Assembly (NCBI GenBank): GCA_017418645.1
Contig: JAFOND010000214.1
Span: 2,401 to 66,400 of the forward strand
Origin: Lachnospiraceae bacterium
GTDB lineage: Bacteria; Bacillota; Clostridia; Lachnospirales; Lachnospiraceae
Length of the DNA: 64,000 nt
Direction of reading: 5' to 3'
Part shown: positions 28,401-37,570 of the stretch, piece by piece
How the letters are laid out: each line of letters starts with the position of its first letter
How positions within the stretch are numbered: the first letter of the stretch is position 1
Notes under the pieces: model-generated
What the model was told of the DNA's origin: nothing
What the model saw: the letters and a program-made list of their open reading frames with translations, nothing else
Databases searched by the model: none
Translations under genes and position numbers: made by a program

Positions 28401-29774
28401 AAGGCAACTCTCCGCGCAAGCCTTGAACTTCAAAAAGATGAGGCAAACACAAAGGTTTCGGAACTTCAGTTCCTTATAAGAGGATATGCATTAAGAAGCA
28501 ATATGTCCCAGGGTATCCTCTTCATAAACAGAAGACTTGACTGGGCACAGGCACAGGCTGCGGATATTCAGATGGAAGATCCCTTCGGCGCTTTTGCAAA
28601 GGAATCTCTTGATGAACACATAAAATGGCTGAAGGACATCTTGGCGAAGGTTAAGAACGGAACCCTTTCGGGAGACGATACGGAAGATGTGGATGCGGAT
28701 GCATATCTTCAGGGAGACCTTCTGGATGCACTTGATAATAACGACCTTGAACTTGCAACCAAGATCGGTGAAGAAGAAAGAGATCCGAATGCAGGCGGAA
28801 GCGGAACAGGTGACGACGGAAACGGCGGCGCCGGCGGCGGAGACGGAGACGGAGGACTTACTACCAGTACGAATCCGTTCCAGGAGCTTATCGATAAACT
28901 GGAAGAAAAGATACTTGACGATCCGGACGGCGCGAACCGGGATCCGAAACCGCTTATCGAAGCGTTGGGACAGCTGGGAGATGCGAACCTTCCGAATCTT
29001 AAGAACAGCCTCGTAGCAAGAGGCGTTGATGAGAGTATCATAAATGCCGTGGATGATGCCATAGAGAAATCAAAGAGTTCCAGCTATTATGACGGAACGG
29101 GAGATGACGGCTCCGGAAATAAGGATACAGGCAACGGACCGAGGCTTTCATACGACGATCTCTTAAAGCTTATTGAATCCCTGTTCGGAAAAGCTTTTGC
29201 GGATCTCGATGATGACGAAAAAGCAATCGTTGTTGCGGCTTGTACAAGATACGGAAACGACTACACGTATCCGGAGGTTTCCGAATTCGGACGCGGCGTT
29301 ATGTATCAGGCCCTTGACGAAAACAACGGATTCTTCTACAGACAGTTTACGGCGGATACCAGTGAGGAATATGTCAACCTTGCCGCTGTGGATAAGACAA
29401 GAAGACAATCCTGCTACAGATACGTTAAGCGAGGAAGAGAAGTAATCATGTCACAGATCAACCGTCCTTCCATGTCAGGAAGTTATGTATTTACGGTGGG
29501 ATCCAATATTGCATACAACAGATCCAAGAGATATATGGACCTTTCGAAGAATGTTGTACAGCAGACGGATGAATATGTACGCGGATCCCTTACAAGAAAC
29601 TATGCATATCTTGACGAGGGTGATGCGCAGAAACTTCTGGGTGTAACATGCCAGTACGTTCCGCAGAGCATATATGCGGTATACCTCTCCGGCGATATGG
29701 AGACAAAGGCGACGGCGTTCTATGAACTTATCGTTAAGACGGTTAATGAACTGGAAGCGAATTCTAAGAAGTAG
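25443..29774 (+). CDS. Giant exported protein (1443 aa), paralogue A
   Basis: Signal peptide. Shares blocks with the next gene (FIGTYLID, YKSELDGGNWKDI, DATRRAEIYYNL). Confidence 0.8.
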   Translation: MHNIFKKSTKRMISAMLVFAMLVGSLSYCGDLSSFSVLAAISDNTYDSTGAVLGDLVRANVKNHGIEDYQFTNDEVIAALKAVGDEMHVTGGSDEESGQVYDDDITSVPIYKIIQVLFENYNEAKKKAIIKEAEEIKAENEKAKKDYEEQKKKIEEENAEADEENQKSLPEEPTYKEVPDVNAYVDVTYNIKKSVGYSGGTLANAYTYLNLITDYVREKEPAAQSLYDDKIEAMITERVKTVSTNISMSAITDAVKQYIKDHTTELVNYNEMEYVDSFTSPHTVTFFQYTQTHFIDPGTLFIGTYLIDASAINDVYYRYAKDSMGIMSQNIMYYKSELDGGNWKDIISAAGLSDILPTSTTVPSADLNKYKITCVVGKDGIPRYPDLPATDPNSECDIFTMTDPYDMAAVPELVKLKLMFDAGVVSQNTADLSNRYTADILYRFFNYDGCGDNKSMMIIRNRGYRDYVYDHPEDGKTIVGQNPIPMSEKLPAAAKDIKKFTYITKEEIMYVTDLQDKALHLSCNMAQTVDRYQDHPDAWIDQILSWMEYYGNRKFNNVNGGRPIILPIEDMADSQWERLNFNQDPLNPQRFMFIVNGVPSTGDQKEFINRWMSDSGFQTGSTHYEDSKGNRVDNPGDAYGFDKSWYDLYKKNPIEKFNVFKENNYSNVKGDNKYYLIAMGVNSETRYVAAKATYDYFKNIENGTYKEVPDTYYLTYDYINANKDKMNFVFYAQTGVYDGGQTFSLKFVEGQKWKDFKNLIYRYMDWLRNMYDIRDDVTYTCDDHLKNLNALYKKERNAGRIDQANTLMELMSHVDATRRAEIYYNLVFNEDNNVVLGPSLMYVLDLLMDGKGKVGQNYTFISGDTDGSYASNDAILTAVEDAVENCQKKYYDYASMSLSDSENLLKEKEYELSNLILASRNDTDRSTYLDRLDSLYNIMDMAIVDKDREKTMIDELLEESEERYAEKIHDVASADYTELASTPGVTKATLRASLELQKDEANTKVSELQFLIRGYALRSNMSQGILFINRRLDWAQAQAADIQMEDPFGAFAKESLDEHIKWLKDILAKVKNGTLSGDDTEDVDADAYLQGDLLDALDNNDLELATKIGEEERDPNAGGSGTGDDGNGGAGGGDGDGGLTTSTNPFQELIDKLEEKILDDPDGANRDPKPLIEALGQLGDANLPNLKNSLVARGVDESIINAVDDAIEKSKSSSYYDGTGDDGSGNKDTGNGPRLSYDDLLKLIESLFGKAFADLDDDEKAIVVAACTRYGNDYTYPEVSEFGRGVMYQALDENNGFFYRQFTADTSEEYVNLAAVDKTRRQSCYRYVKRGREVIMSQINRPSMSGSYVFTVGSNIAYNRSKRYMDLSKNVVQQTDEYVRGSLTRNYAYLDEGDAQKLLGVTCQYVPQSIYAVYLSGDMETKATAFYELIVKTVNELEANSKK

Positions 29775-29796
29775 TGTCAAAAAAAGGGGAAGAGGA

Positions 29797-32700
29797 ATGA
29801 AGTATAAGAAGGGAAAAACAAATAAATACATTGCGGCGGCCCTTGCGGGTTCACTTCTCCTTGGTGTGCTTTCACCATACATAACACCTGCTTCTTCGGC
29901 GTACGCAAAAGGTTCCGGAGGAAGTTCCGGAAATACGACGCAGACCCCGGCAACGGAGAAAACGACCTCTTCCGAGGAAACTGTTTTAGACCTTGCCCAG
30001 GCGGACAAAGAGCGTTACGCTCCGGAAAAATTTCATAAATACGGAATAACCTATAAGGAATTCGTTAAAAAGAACGGCGAGCCGAGATATGCTCATATCC
30101 TTATAGGTACATATCTTATCGATCTTGTTCCCACGGAACAGATGATGAAAGACGGCGACGAGGCTCTTACGTCCGAGACTGCAGTCGCAGCAAAAACTTC
30201 AAAACTTACGTATCAGCAAAACGTTACATTCTATAAGAGCGAACTCGGAGACGGAACCTGGCGAGATATTGATCTCGCGGAAAGCCTTGATTCCATACGT
30301 CCGGGATCCGGCACAAGAGTAAGCGACTCCGAAATGGATAACATGCTTATCACGGTTTATGTTTCCGGCGGAAAGTCCAATTCCACATTGGATGAGGACG
30401 AAAACGGTGAAGATCCGTCAAGAAAGAATCCCTTCCTTGAACCCTCACCCTATAACCTTGACGAGATGCCGGAAATGGAAAACATCCTTAATATGTTATC
30501 AGACGGAAGTCTTCCCTATACGTCTGTTGCAGCGAGCAAGAGTCTTATCGCCGAAAACCAGTCCAATTATTTCCTTTCGGAAAGACTTCGTTATATGTTC
30601 GACCATGACGAGGTTACGGATACCATAAAGCTTCAGGACGGAGACGTTGAAAAGGCAAAGGCCGCAAGCGATGCCTTGAGGACCGGTTCCGGTGGAGAGA
30701 CCGCAAAAAAGATAGAAGAAGCCATCGATAACACTGAAGAAAGAGGCAGTCTTTATTTTTCAAACCTTACCACTTTAAAAGAAAATAAATCATTCACTCT
30801 CGGAGAGAACGGCACCGTTGCGGCAACCGAAAGACTTGCATACCATTTTTCCGATACAAGGGATGAACTTACGGATGTAATGGATAAGGCTGTCGTTAAT
30901 CTTTGGAAGATCTTCCTTGAATATAAGGATGCCGCAAAGGAAGCGGGAGAAGAGGAGGACTCTTTCGACAGACAGGATAATACCATTTATAACAAGGATA
31001 AATATTCTTTCATATATCAGCTCTGCGCAAATGCGGATGCAACAAGGCGCGGGGAGGCTTATTACAATCTTTCCGTAAACGATGAATTCCATGGATACAC
31101 GGGTTCTGTTCTTACAAACTTAAAGGCCATGAATACCAATGGCCAGTCATATATCGGAAGAAATATCCAGAACGCAAATTATTATCAGCCGCAGAAGGAA
31201 TATAACGCTATTGAAAAAGTGGGGAATGCGGTGTCGGGTCTCATAACCGGGGAAAAGAAAGAATCGAACTACGGAGGCTTTAAGTCCAACGAACAGCTGG
31301 CGGAAGAGATCCAGACCGCAACGGAAGCTGCCCAGGAGAAATATATAGGTTACGGCGAGTCCACTCTTTCCAGGGGAACTACCGCGGTTTCCATCCTTAT
31401 CTATGACAACGATCTTAAGATGTTCGAAAAGGAAAAGAAGGATGACGAGTTTGATACACTTGTTACGGAAACCATTTATGCAACCGCGATCCGGGATGAC
31501 GCGCCCAGATCAAAGCCGGCTGAAGCGGCGCTTATAAAAGATAAGCTTACGGGATCCCAGAATGAGATACTTCTTTCATATATAAAATCGGGAGTACCTG
31601 CGGAATATGCAAGCGCAACTTCCGATAACGAGAAGAAGAGTGTTCTTTTGGTACAGCAGCAGTCCGGAAAGAATGCCGAGAATGCGATGGAGAAACTTGT
31701 TAATTCCTATCTCGCAAGAGAAACCGTTAAAGATACATATTCTGCTTATCTTATATCACAGCTCAGATGGATCCGGGGAACAAAGGATTCCATCAAGGAT
31801 GACGTATATGAGAGTTATGCGGAAGAAATAAGATCCACGTATGAAACTTTCTTATTAAATAAGATGAGGGAACTGGGAATAGCGGATCCTGACGATCCCG
31901 GCGAAGGAGACCTTACCGATGATCCGTCGGATAAGCTTCCGAAGAACCTTGATCCGGACGATCCTTCTTATCAGCAGACTTTAGATGCTCTTCTTGATAA
32001 GTATATAAAGGAAGGCAATACGATTCCGGAAGGCTATCATGCGGAAGTGTCCATAGACCCGGCAACGGGAGCCGCATCCCTTAACTTTGTAAAGGACGAC
32101 AGGGACAGTGATTCCGGAAGTTCAAAGAACGATGCCGGAAGTACGGGCGGCGGAACCGAAGGCTCCGCGGGAACAAACAACGGACAGGGCGGCAAAGACG
32201 GTGTCGGATCGGGACTTCTTGTTCCCACAGGCAATATGCTGGATAATCTTTTGGCATTCCTTGGAAAGTCCTGGGACGAACTTAGTCCGGATCAGCAGGC
32301 GGAACTTGTATGCGCACTGAACCAGTACGGACGTGAAAATAAAAATGATGAAGCGGCGGAACTTGCAAGAACCCTTCTTGATAAGATAAAGGAACTTAAG
32401 AACCCGCTGGTTTATGCAAAATATAAAAACAATACCTATACGGAATATGTTTCTTTGGGATGTGCGGACCGCGCCAGACTGTATACAAAATTCCGATCCG
32501 TTAAGAAGAAGGGCACAACATCCCTTGCAACGGTTTCGATGCAGAAAACCGATGACGGTGTTGCATATGTTTATCAATACGGAAAAGCCAGGGTTAAAAA
32601 GACAGGCGGAAAGTGGGAGGATATTACGGCGGCTCCCGTATTCCAGAAAGATATATACTTAAATCGCGGCGAAGACACAAAGTTTATGTACATAAGCGAG

Positions 32701-32832
32701 GAAGATTCGCAGAATAAGCTTAAGTGCCGCGCGGAGTATATCGTTGATAAGCCGGATGCCATTCTGGTAACGTCCGCAATGGAACCGAACATCAAGAAAC
32801 TTGTGGACAAATTGAGGGACATGTACCCTTAA
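29797..32832 (+). CDS. Giant exported protein (~1011 aa), paralogue B
   Basis: Start at 29797 after a purine-rich RBS gives signal peptide MKYKKG...SSAYA. Blocks LIGTYLID, YKSELGDGTWRDI, DATRRGEAYYNL. Confidence 0.8.
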   Translation: MKYKKGKTNKYIAAALAGSLLLGVLSPYITPASSAYAKGSGGSSGNTTQTPATEKTTSSEETVLDLAQADKERYAPEKFHKYGITYKEFVKKNGEPRYAHILIGTYLIDLVPTEQMMKDGDEALTSETAVAAKTSKLTYQQNVTFYKSELGDGTWRDIDLAESLDSIRPGSGTRVSDSEMDNMLITVYVSGGKSNSTLDEDENGEDPSRKNPFLEPSPYNLDEMPEMENILNMLSDGSLPYTSVAASKSLIAENQSNYFLSERLRYMFDHDEVTDTIKLQDGDVEKAKAASDALRTGSGGETAKKIEEAIDNTEERGSLYFSNLTTLKENKSFTLGENGTVAATERLAYHFSDTRDELTDVMDKAVVNLWKIFLEYKDAAKEAGEEEDSFDRQDNTIYNKDKYSFIYQLCANADATRRGEAYYNLSVNDEFHGYTGSVLTNLKAMNTNGQSYIGRNIQNANYYQPQKEYNAIEKVGNAVSGLITGEKKESNYGGFKSNEQLAEEIQTATEAAQEKYIGYGESTLSRGTTAVSILIYDNDLKMFEKEKKDDEFDTLVTETIYATAIRDDAPRSKPAEAALIKDKLTGSQNEILLSYIKSGVPAEYASATSDNEKKSVLLVQQQSGKNAENAMEKLVNSYLARETVKDTYSAYLISQLRWIRGTKDSIKDDVYESYAEEIRSTYETFLLNKMRELGIADPDDPGEGDLTDDPSDKLPKNLDPDDPSYQQTLDALLDKYIKEGNTIPEGYHAEVSIDPATGAASLNFVKDDRDSDSGSSKNDAGSTGGGTEGSAGTNNGQGGKDGVGSGLLVPTGNMLDNLLAFLGKSWDELSPDQQAELVCALNQYGRENKNDEAAELARTLLDKIKELKNPLVYAKYKNNTYTEYVSLGCADRARLYTKFRSVKKKGTTSLATVSMQKTDDGVAYVYQYGKARVKKTGGKWEDITAAPVFQKDIYLNRGEDTKFMYISEEDSQNKLKCRAEYIVDKPDAILVTSAMEPNIKKLVDKLRDMYP

Positions 32833-32862
32833 AATAAAAAAAATAGTAAAAATATATAAATA

Positions 32863-32895
32863 GTTGCATACTTGTTGCACTTTTTATGGTAAAAT
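32863..32895 (+). promoter_or_regulatory. Direct-repeat operator plus -10 element of the CIS operon (copy 2)
   Basis: GTTGCATACTT-GTTGCACTTTTTATGG-TAAAAT, preceded by an A-rich tract. Confidence 0.75.
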
Positions 32896-32936
32896 TACTC
32901 CATCGTTAGAAAAGTAATTCAGGGGGATATTAATAA

Positions 32937-33551
32937 ATGGCTGATTATACAATAATATCCGATGTCAGTAATTACATCCTCGGCCTCCTTCGACAAAGGA
33001 TGTGCCCGGAACCGATACCTTCACCGAACAACATCGAAGTATCGTCTCCGTCATCACAGGATGTAGACTATATCTTGGGGCTTTACCTCTACGATATTAA
33101 AGAGGAAGACACAGTAGCCCCGCCGCCCATGGTCCCGAGGGGCCGGGCGCAAATGGCACCGCCGCCCAAACCGTATAGCCTCTACTATATGGTTTTTGTA
33201 AATTCCGGAGGCCAGGCAGGGTTGAAGGATCAGGACTTTCAGAAGATCGTCGGGAAGGTAACACAGATTGTAAACGATCATCCGTCAGTTCTACCTACCC
33301 AACTGCAAAGCTGGCTGGACACGCAGGAACCGCCGATCGTGCTCTCTCAGGCAAAGATCGGTCTGGAAGAAAAAGTTCGGGTGTGGAGCGCGATCAACAA
33401 ACCTTATCAGATCTCACTCTTCTACAAGGCGGCACCCGTATTCGTATCCAGCGAGATTGTCATCAATACGCCTCGTGTTGTTGACGCACAGTTTGGTCTG
33501 CATGTGGCCGGCGAAAAACTTGAGGAGGAAGGAGGAGAAGGCAGTAAGTGA
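32937..33551 (+). CDS. DUF4255 / Pvc16-like CIS cap (tail terminator) protein
   Basis: LGLYLYDIKE, LYYMV and VWSAINKPYQISLFY...RVVD patterns; first gene before the sheath. Confidence 0.8.
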   Translation: MADYTIISDVSNYILGLLRQRMCPEPIPSPNNIEVSSPSSQDVDYILGLYLYDIKEEDTVAPPPMVPRGRAQMAPPPKPYSLYYMVFVNSGGQAGLKDQDFQKIVGKVTQIVNDHPSVLPTQLQSWLDTQEPPIVLSQAKIGLEEKVRVWSAINKPYQISLFYKAAPVFVSSEIVINTPRVVDAQFGLHVAGEKLEEEGGEGSK

Positions 33552-34294
33552 CAAAACAAGAAGGAGTCATCCAATGCACATTAGATCTTTTGATCAGATT
33601 GCAGGATACTACGACAGGGCTTCCCGTGGACGACCGAAGTGCCAAATTCATTTTTAACGGCGAAGAGTTCAGACCCACGGCCCGCGGATTCGGAAACTTT
33701 ATTCTGATAAACCACGGGAGAGTAAACGGAACGATGCAGGTTAAAGTATACGGATACGAACCCTACAGAGTTGAAGTTAACTACGAAGCACTTGACGAAA
33801 GACTCCCAGCAGTGGATGTGTTCCTGATACCGTCAGAGAATACCCGTTCCGGTCAGGAGATGCTTTCTTTATCCGGAACTTTGAAGGGAATTTCGTCACT
33901 GGAATGTATCCATCCGGGCAGACCCATTTCGGGTATCAGAGAGTTTGAACCGAAGAAAAAGGTGATGACGATCTACGCACCGAACAGAAGAATGAACATG
34001 ATACATTCTTACTACGGTCTGTACCACAGTGAAGAGGACACTTACGAGAGCATCGAAATTGTCGAACAGATTGAAAACAACAAGGTGCGACTCAGGGAAC
34101 CGCTTCACGATGAATTTACCGTAAACGCTCCGATATGCAGAAGGATATTCGGGCAGGTTTACCCAGACGGAAGGTACATCCTGAAAGTCAGGGACGACGG
34201 TAAAAGACAAAAATATCTGGTAAAATACGTTGTAGAAGGCGAGACCAGATATAAGAGCGTGGACTTCCGCGAAGACGGGGAGGTGACGCTGTAG
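33548..34294 (+). CDS. CIS-associated hypothetical protein
   Basis: Overlaps the cap gene; beta-rich, with a DTTTGLPV motif. Confidence 0.65.
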   Translation: MTKQEGVIQCTLDLLIRLQDTTTGLPVDDRSAKFIFNGEEFRPTARGFGNFILINHGRVNGTMQVKVYGYEPYRVEVNYEALDERLPAVDVFLIPSENTRSGQEMLSLSGTLKGISSLECIHPGRPISGIREFEPKKKVMTIYAPNRRMNMIHSYYGLYHSEEDTYESIEIVEQIENNKVRLREPLHDEFTVNAPICRRIFGQVYPDGRYILKVRDDGKRQKYLVKYVVEGETRYKSVDFREDGEVTL

Positions 34295-34318
34295 AAGTTT
34301 TAGGGGAAGGAATCTTAA

Positions 34319-34705
34319 ATGGCACTACTTGTAAACACGGGATCAACATTGTTCTGTACATTCGGAACAGCTACCACTCCTTTTAAGGCAACAAACAATC
34401 CCACCGTTCTGGTGGACGGAAAGCCGGCAGGGAGCATTGTGGACGGAGACGCCATCGTAAACATCACACCTTTCGGAATGTGTACAACTTTATCAAACCC
34501 GGCTGTTGCAGCAGCGACGGCTGCGGCTCTCGGAGTACTTACTCCGCAACCCTGTACACCACAGACGAAAGCCTGGACAACCGAAACGGCAACGGTGTTG
34601 ATAGGCGGAAAACCATGTTTGACCCAGGGATGTCAATGTATGTGTGCATACGGAGGGACAATATCCGTTACGGATTCCGCTCAAAAGACAGTGATCATAA
34701 CTTAG
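34319..34705 (+). CDS. DUF4280 PAAR-like spike-tip protein
   Basis: LFCTFG, NITPFGMC, PCTP...W and CMCAYGGTI motifs. Confidence 0.9.
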   Translation: MALLVNTGSTLFCTFGTATTPFKATNNPTVLVDGKPAGSIVDGDAIVNITPFGMCTTLSNPAVAAATAAALGVLTPQPCTPQTKAWTTETATVLIGGKPCLTQGCQCMCAYGGTISVTDSAQKTVIIT

Positions 34706-34744
34706 TGATCAAAAAAATATTTCTATAAGGAAGGAGATATGATT

Positions 34745-36511
34745 ATGGCTGAATATTTTAGCCCCGGAGTATATGTGGAAGAGATAGATAACTCTCCGCG
34801 TAACGTTGAAGGAGTCGGCACAAGTACCGCTGGTTTCGTAGGTCTTGCAGAAAAAGGCCCGGCGGGCGGCGCTCCGGTTCTCGTTACAAACTTCAAGAGC
34901 TTTTTAGGACAGTTCGGAGGATTCCTCTCCGAATATACACATGGCGAGTATCGCTATCTTGCCAACAGTGTTGAGCAGTTCTTCAATAACGGTGGAACAC
35001 GTTGCTACATCGCACGTGTAGTACCGGAAGACGCAAAGGTTGCTTCAAAGAAGATGGGCATCCTTGATGTTTCCGCAGCTAACGAAGGTAAGTGGGGAAA
35101 CAGAGTACAGGTTTCTTTAAAGTCCGTTAGCAAGCGTCGTATGCAGCTTGTATCAAAGGACGGAGATACCGTTTACACAGCTAAGTCTGTAGAAGGCTTC
35201 AGAGAAGGCGATATCGTTGAATTCAACGGCGAGTACAACCGCATAGAGATGATCTATGACAAGCAGGTTACATTCACCGGCAAGTTCAAGGGAAATCCTG
35301 TTGACGAAGGTGTTATTCCGAAGACGGTCATCACACTTGTAACATTTGATGTTCAGGTTCGTTACAATGACCAGATCGAGAACTTCTTCGATGTAACATT
35401 AAACGATCAGGCTCCGACATATATCAAGTCACGTCTTGCTAAGTCAAACCTTATCAAGGTTGAAGCAGGCGCAGTTAAGGATACAACTGTTAAGGGCGAA
35501 AAGGGAGAGGCTCCGGCTACGGTTATCGCTAACCCGGTTGAAGCAATCCTCGGCAAGGGAATTACGGAAGGAACATTCTCACTTGAGGGCGGTTCCGACG
35601 GTTCCATCAAGAGCGTTAATGCCGGCACATTCATCGGCGTTGATGACGGCCCCTCCGGACGTACAGGTATCCAGGCGTTCCTTGAGAACGACAATGTTAG
35701 CATCATGGCAGTTCCGGGCGTAACAATTCCGGAAGTAGCAGTAGCACTCGTTGCTCATTGCGAGAATCAGAAGAACCGTTTTGCAGTTCTTGATATGCCG
35801 CATGATGCAGTTAAGGTTGAAGACCTTACAGACTATCGCGGAATCATCGACAGCACATACGCTGCAATGTATCATCCGTGGATCAAGGTTTTCGATCGTG
35901 GATCAAACCAGACAGCAGATATCCCGCCTTCAGGCGCAGTTATCGGTATCTATTCACGTACAGATCAGACTCGCGGCGTTCATAAGGCACCGGCTAACGA
36001 GACAGTATTCTGTAACGGACTTTCCGTTAACTACACGAAGGCAGAGCAGGATCTCCTCAATCCCGAAGGAATCAACCTTATCAGGAACATCCCGGGCGAA
36101 GGAATCCGCGTATGGGGCGCTCGTACAGCTTCCTCGAATGCAGCTTTCCGCTATGTCAACATCAGAAGACTCTTCATCTATGTTATGGAATCCATCAAGG
36201 CTTCCACAAACTGGGTGGTATTCGAGCCCAACGATGCTACACTTTGGCAGAGAGTTAACCTTACGATCTCCTCATTCCTTGAGAGTATGTGGAGAACAGG
36301 CATGCTTGCAGGAAATTCCGCAGGCGAGGCTTATTTCGTAGAAATCGGCCCCGGAACAACGATGACAATGGACGATATCCGTGCCGGCAGACTTATCTGC
36401 AATATCGGTATCGCACCGAGCCGTCCGGCAGAGTTCGTAATCTTCAGACTGTCCCAGTATACAGCTGATGCAGGCGCTGAAGGTGGCGGCGGAGAAGCAA
36501 GCGAGAGCTAA
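34745..36511 (+). CDS. Contractile tail sheath protein
   Basis: SPGVYVEE, FFNNGG, YHPW, GVHKAPAN, LNPEGIN, VWGART, YVNIRR, FEPND and PAEFVIFR motifs. Confidence 0.96.
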   Translation: MAEYFSPGVYVEEIDNSPRNVEGVGTSTAGFVGLAEKGPAGGAPVLVTNFKSFLGQFGGFLSEYTHGEYRYLANSVEQFFNNGGTRCYIARVVPEDAKVASKKMGILDVSAANEGKWGNRVQVSLKSVSKRRMQLVSKDGDTVYTAKSVEGFREGDIVEFNGEYNRIEMIYDKQVTFTGKFKGNPVDEGVIPKTVITLVTFDVQVRYNDQIENFFDVTLNDQAPTYIKSRLAKSNLIKVEAGAVKDTTVKGEKGEAPATVIANPVEAILGKGITEGTFSLEGGSDGSIKSVNAGTFIGVDDGPSGRTGIQAFLENDNVSIMAVPGVTIPEVAVALVAHCENQKNRFAVLDMPHDAVKVEDLTDYRGIIDSTYAAMYHPWIKVFDRGSNQTADIPPSGAVIGIYSRTDQTRGVHKAPANETVFCNGLSVNYTKAEQDLLNPEGINLIRNIPGEGIRVWGARTASSNAAFRYVNIRRLFIYVMESIKASTNWVVFEPNDATLWQRVNLTISSFLESMWRTGMLAGNSAGEAYFVEIGPGTTMTMDDIRAGRLICNIGIAPSRPAEFVIFRLSQYTADAGAEGGGGEASES

Positions 36512-36530
36512 GGAAAGGAGGAACACATAG

Positions 36531-37037
36531 ATGGCAGAGACAGCTTATGAGAACAGCAACGGCTTATCATATCCGTTGACTAAAATGAACTTCCGTGTTT
36601 CCGTTGACGGTGTTGACGGCGCGGCAGCCTTTAACCAGGTAACCGGTCTTGATGCACAGATCGACGTGATCGAGTTCAGACAGGGAAATGCGAATTCACT
36701 TTCCCCGGTTAAGATCCCCGGTCTTGTGAAGCACGGAAATGTTACTCTTCGTTTTGGATATACTCTTAACAATGCGTTTAAGACATGGATCCAGGAATGT
36801 GTATCCGAGCGTCGCGGCCCGATCCCCAGAAACAATGTTCTGATCGAGCTCATCGACATTAACGGCGGTGCTCCCCAGACAACATCCGATGCTGTTTCAA
36901 CAGCGGATGCAAGGGTATGGCAGCTTACAAACGCTTGGGTTGCTCATTACACAGGTCCCGAACTTGATGCGGCAAATTCAGACGTAGCTCTTGAATCTGT
37001 TGAAATCGCGTTCGAAGAAATGGTAATCCCGAACTAG
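36531..37037 (+). CDS. T4 gp19-like inner tube protein (Afp1-like)
   Basis: FRVSVDG, FNQVTGL, IEFRQG, KIPGLVKHGNVTL, WQLTNAW and ESVEIAFE motifs. Confidence 0.93.
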   Translation: MAETAYENSNGLSYPLTKMNFRVSVDGVDGAAAFNQVTGLDAQIDVIEFRQGNANSLSPVKIPGLVKHGNVTLRFGYTLNNAFKTWIQECVSERRGPIPRNNVLIELIDINGGAPQTTSDAVSTADARVWQLTNAWVAHYTGPELDAANSDVALESVEIAFEEMVIPN

Positions 37038-37127
37038 GCCGAAGCGCAAGGCGCGAAGGTCGTTCTCCGAACGAAGAGAGGAGAACATCCCGCGAGGGCT
37101 TTATACTTACCGGATACGCAAAAAGGC

Positions 37128-37190
37128 GTATCCGGTAGTGTAATATATTCTTGAAGAGAGTATATTACACTGCCGGATACATATTTTTTT
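37128..37190 (+). terminator. Long hairpin plus U tract (terminator/attenuator), with a competing stem at 37108-37137
   Basis: 37128-37147 pairs with 37161-37180 (one G-U pair), followed by ATATTTTTTT. Confidence 0.7.
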
Positions 37191-37207
37191 AAAAGGAGAA
37201 GCAGAAA

Positions 37208-37570
37208 ATGGAAACAATATTCGAATTCGATCTTCCGAAAGGCTATGTGGATAACAGTGGGGAGATCCACCGCCACGGAAAGATGAGACTTGCAACGGCG
37301 GGAGATGAGATGAACGCGCAGCGTGACCCGCGTGTGCTTTCGAATCCGTCCTACCTCACAATAGTATTACTCGCATCCGTTATAACGGAGATCGAGGGCG
37401 TAAACATTATCGCACCCGCAACGATAGAAAAACTTTTTACGGCGGATCTTGCATTCCTTCAGGATATGTACCAGAGAATAAACGACATCGAGCCGCCGAC
37501 AATGCGTTATGTATGTCCGGATTGCGGAAAGGAGCATACAATCCCCATAAATTTTACAAGAGAGGGATAA
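37208..37570 (+). CDS. Tail assembly chaperone (gpG-like)
   Basis: FDLPKGYVD...GKMRLATAGDE...DPRV...LFTADLAFLQDMYQRIN...CPDCG. Confidence 0.8.
   Translation: METIFEFDLPKGYVDNSGEIHRHGKMRLATAGDEMNAQRDPRVLSNPSYLTIVLLASVITEIEGVNIIAPATIEKLFTADLAFLQDMYQRINDIEPPTMRYVCPDCGKEHTIPINFTREG

Noticed and set aside
29674-29796. N-terminal extension of the 1052-aa ORF in the track
   Set aside because: It overlaps the upstream gene by about 100 bp. ATG 29797 has an RBS and yields a clean signal peptide.
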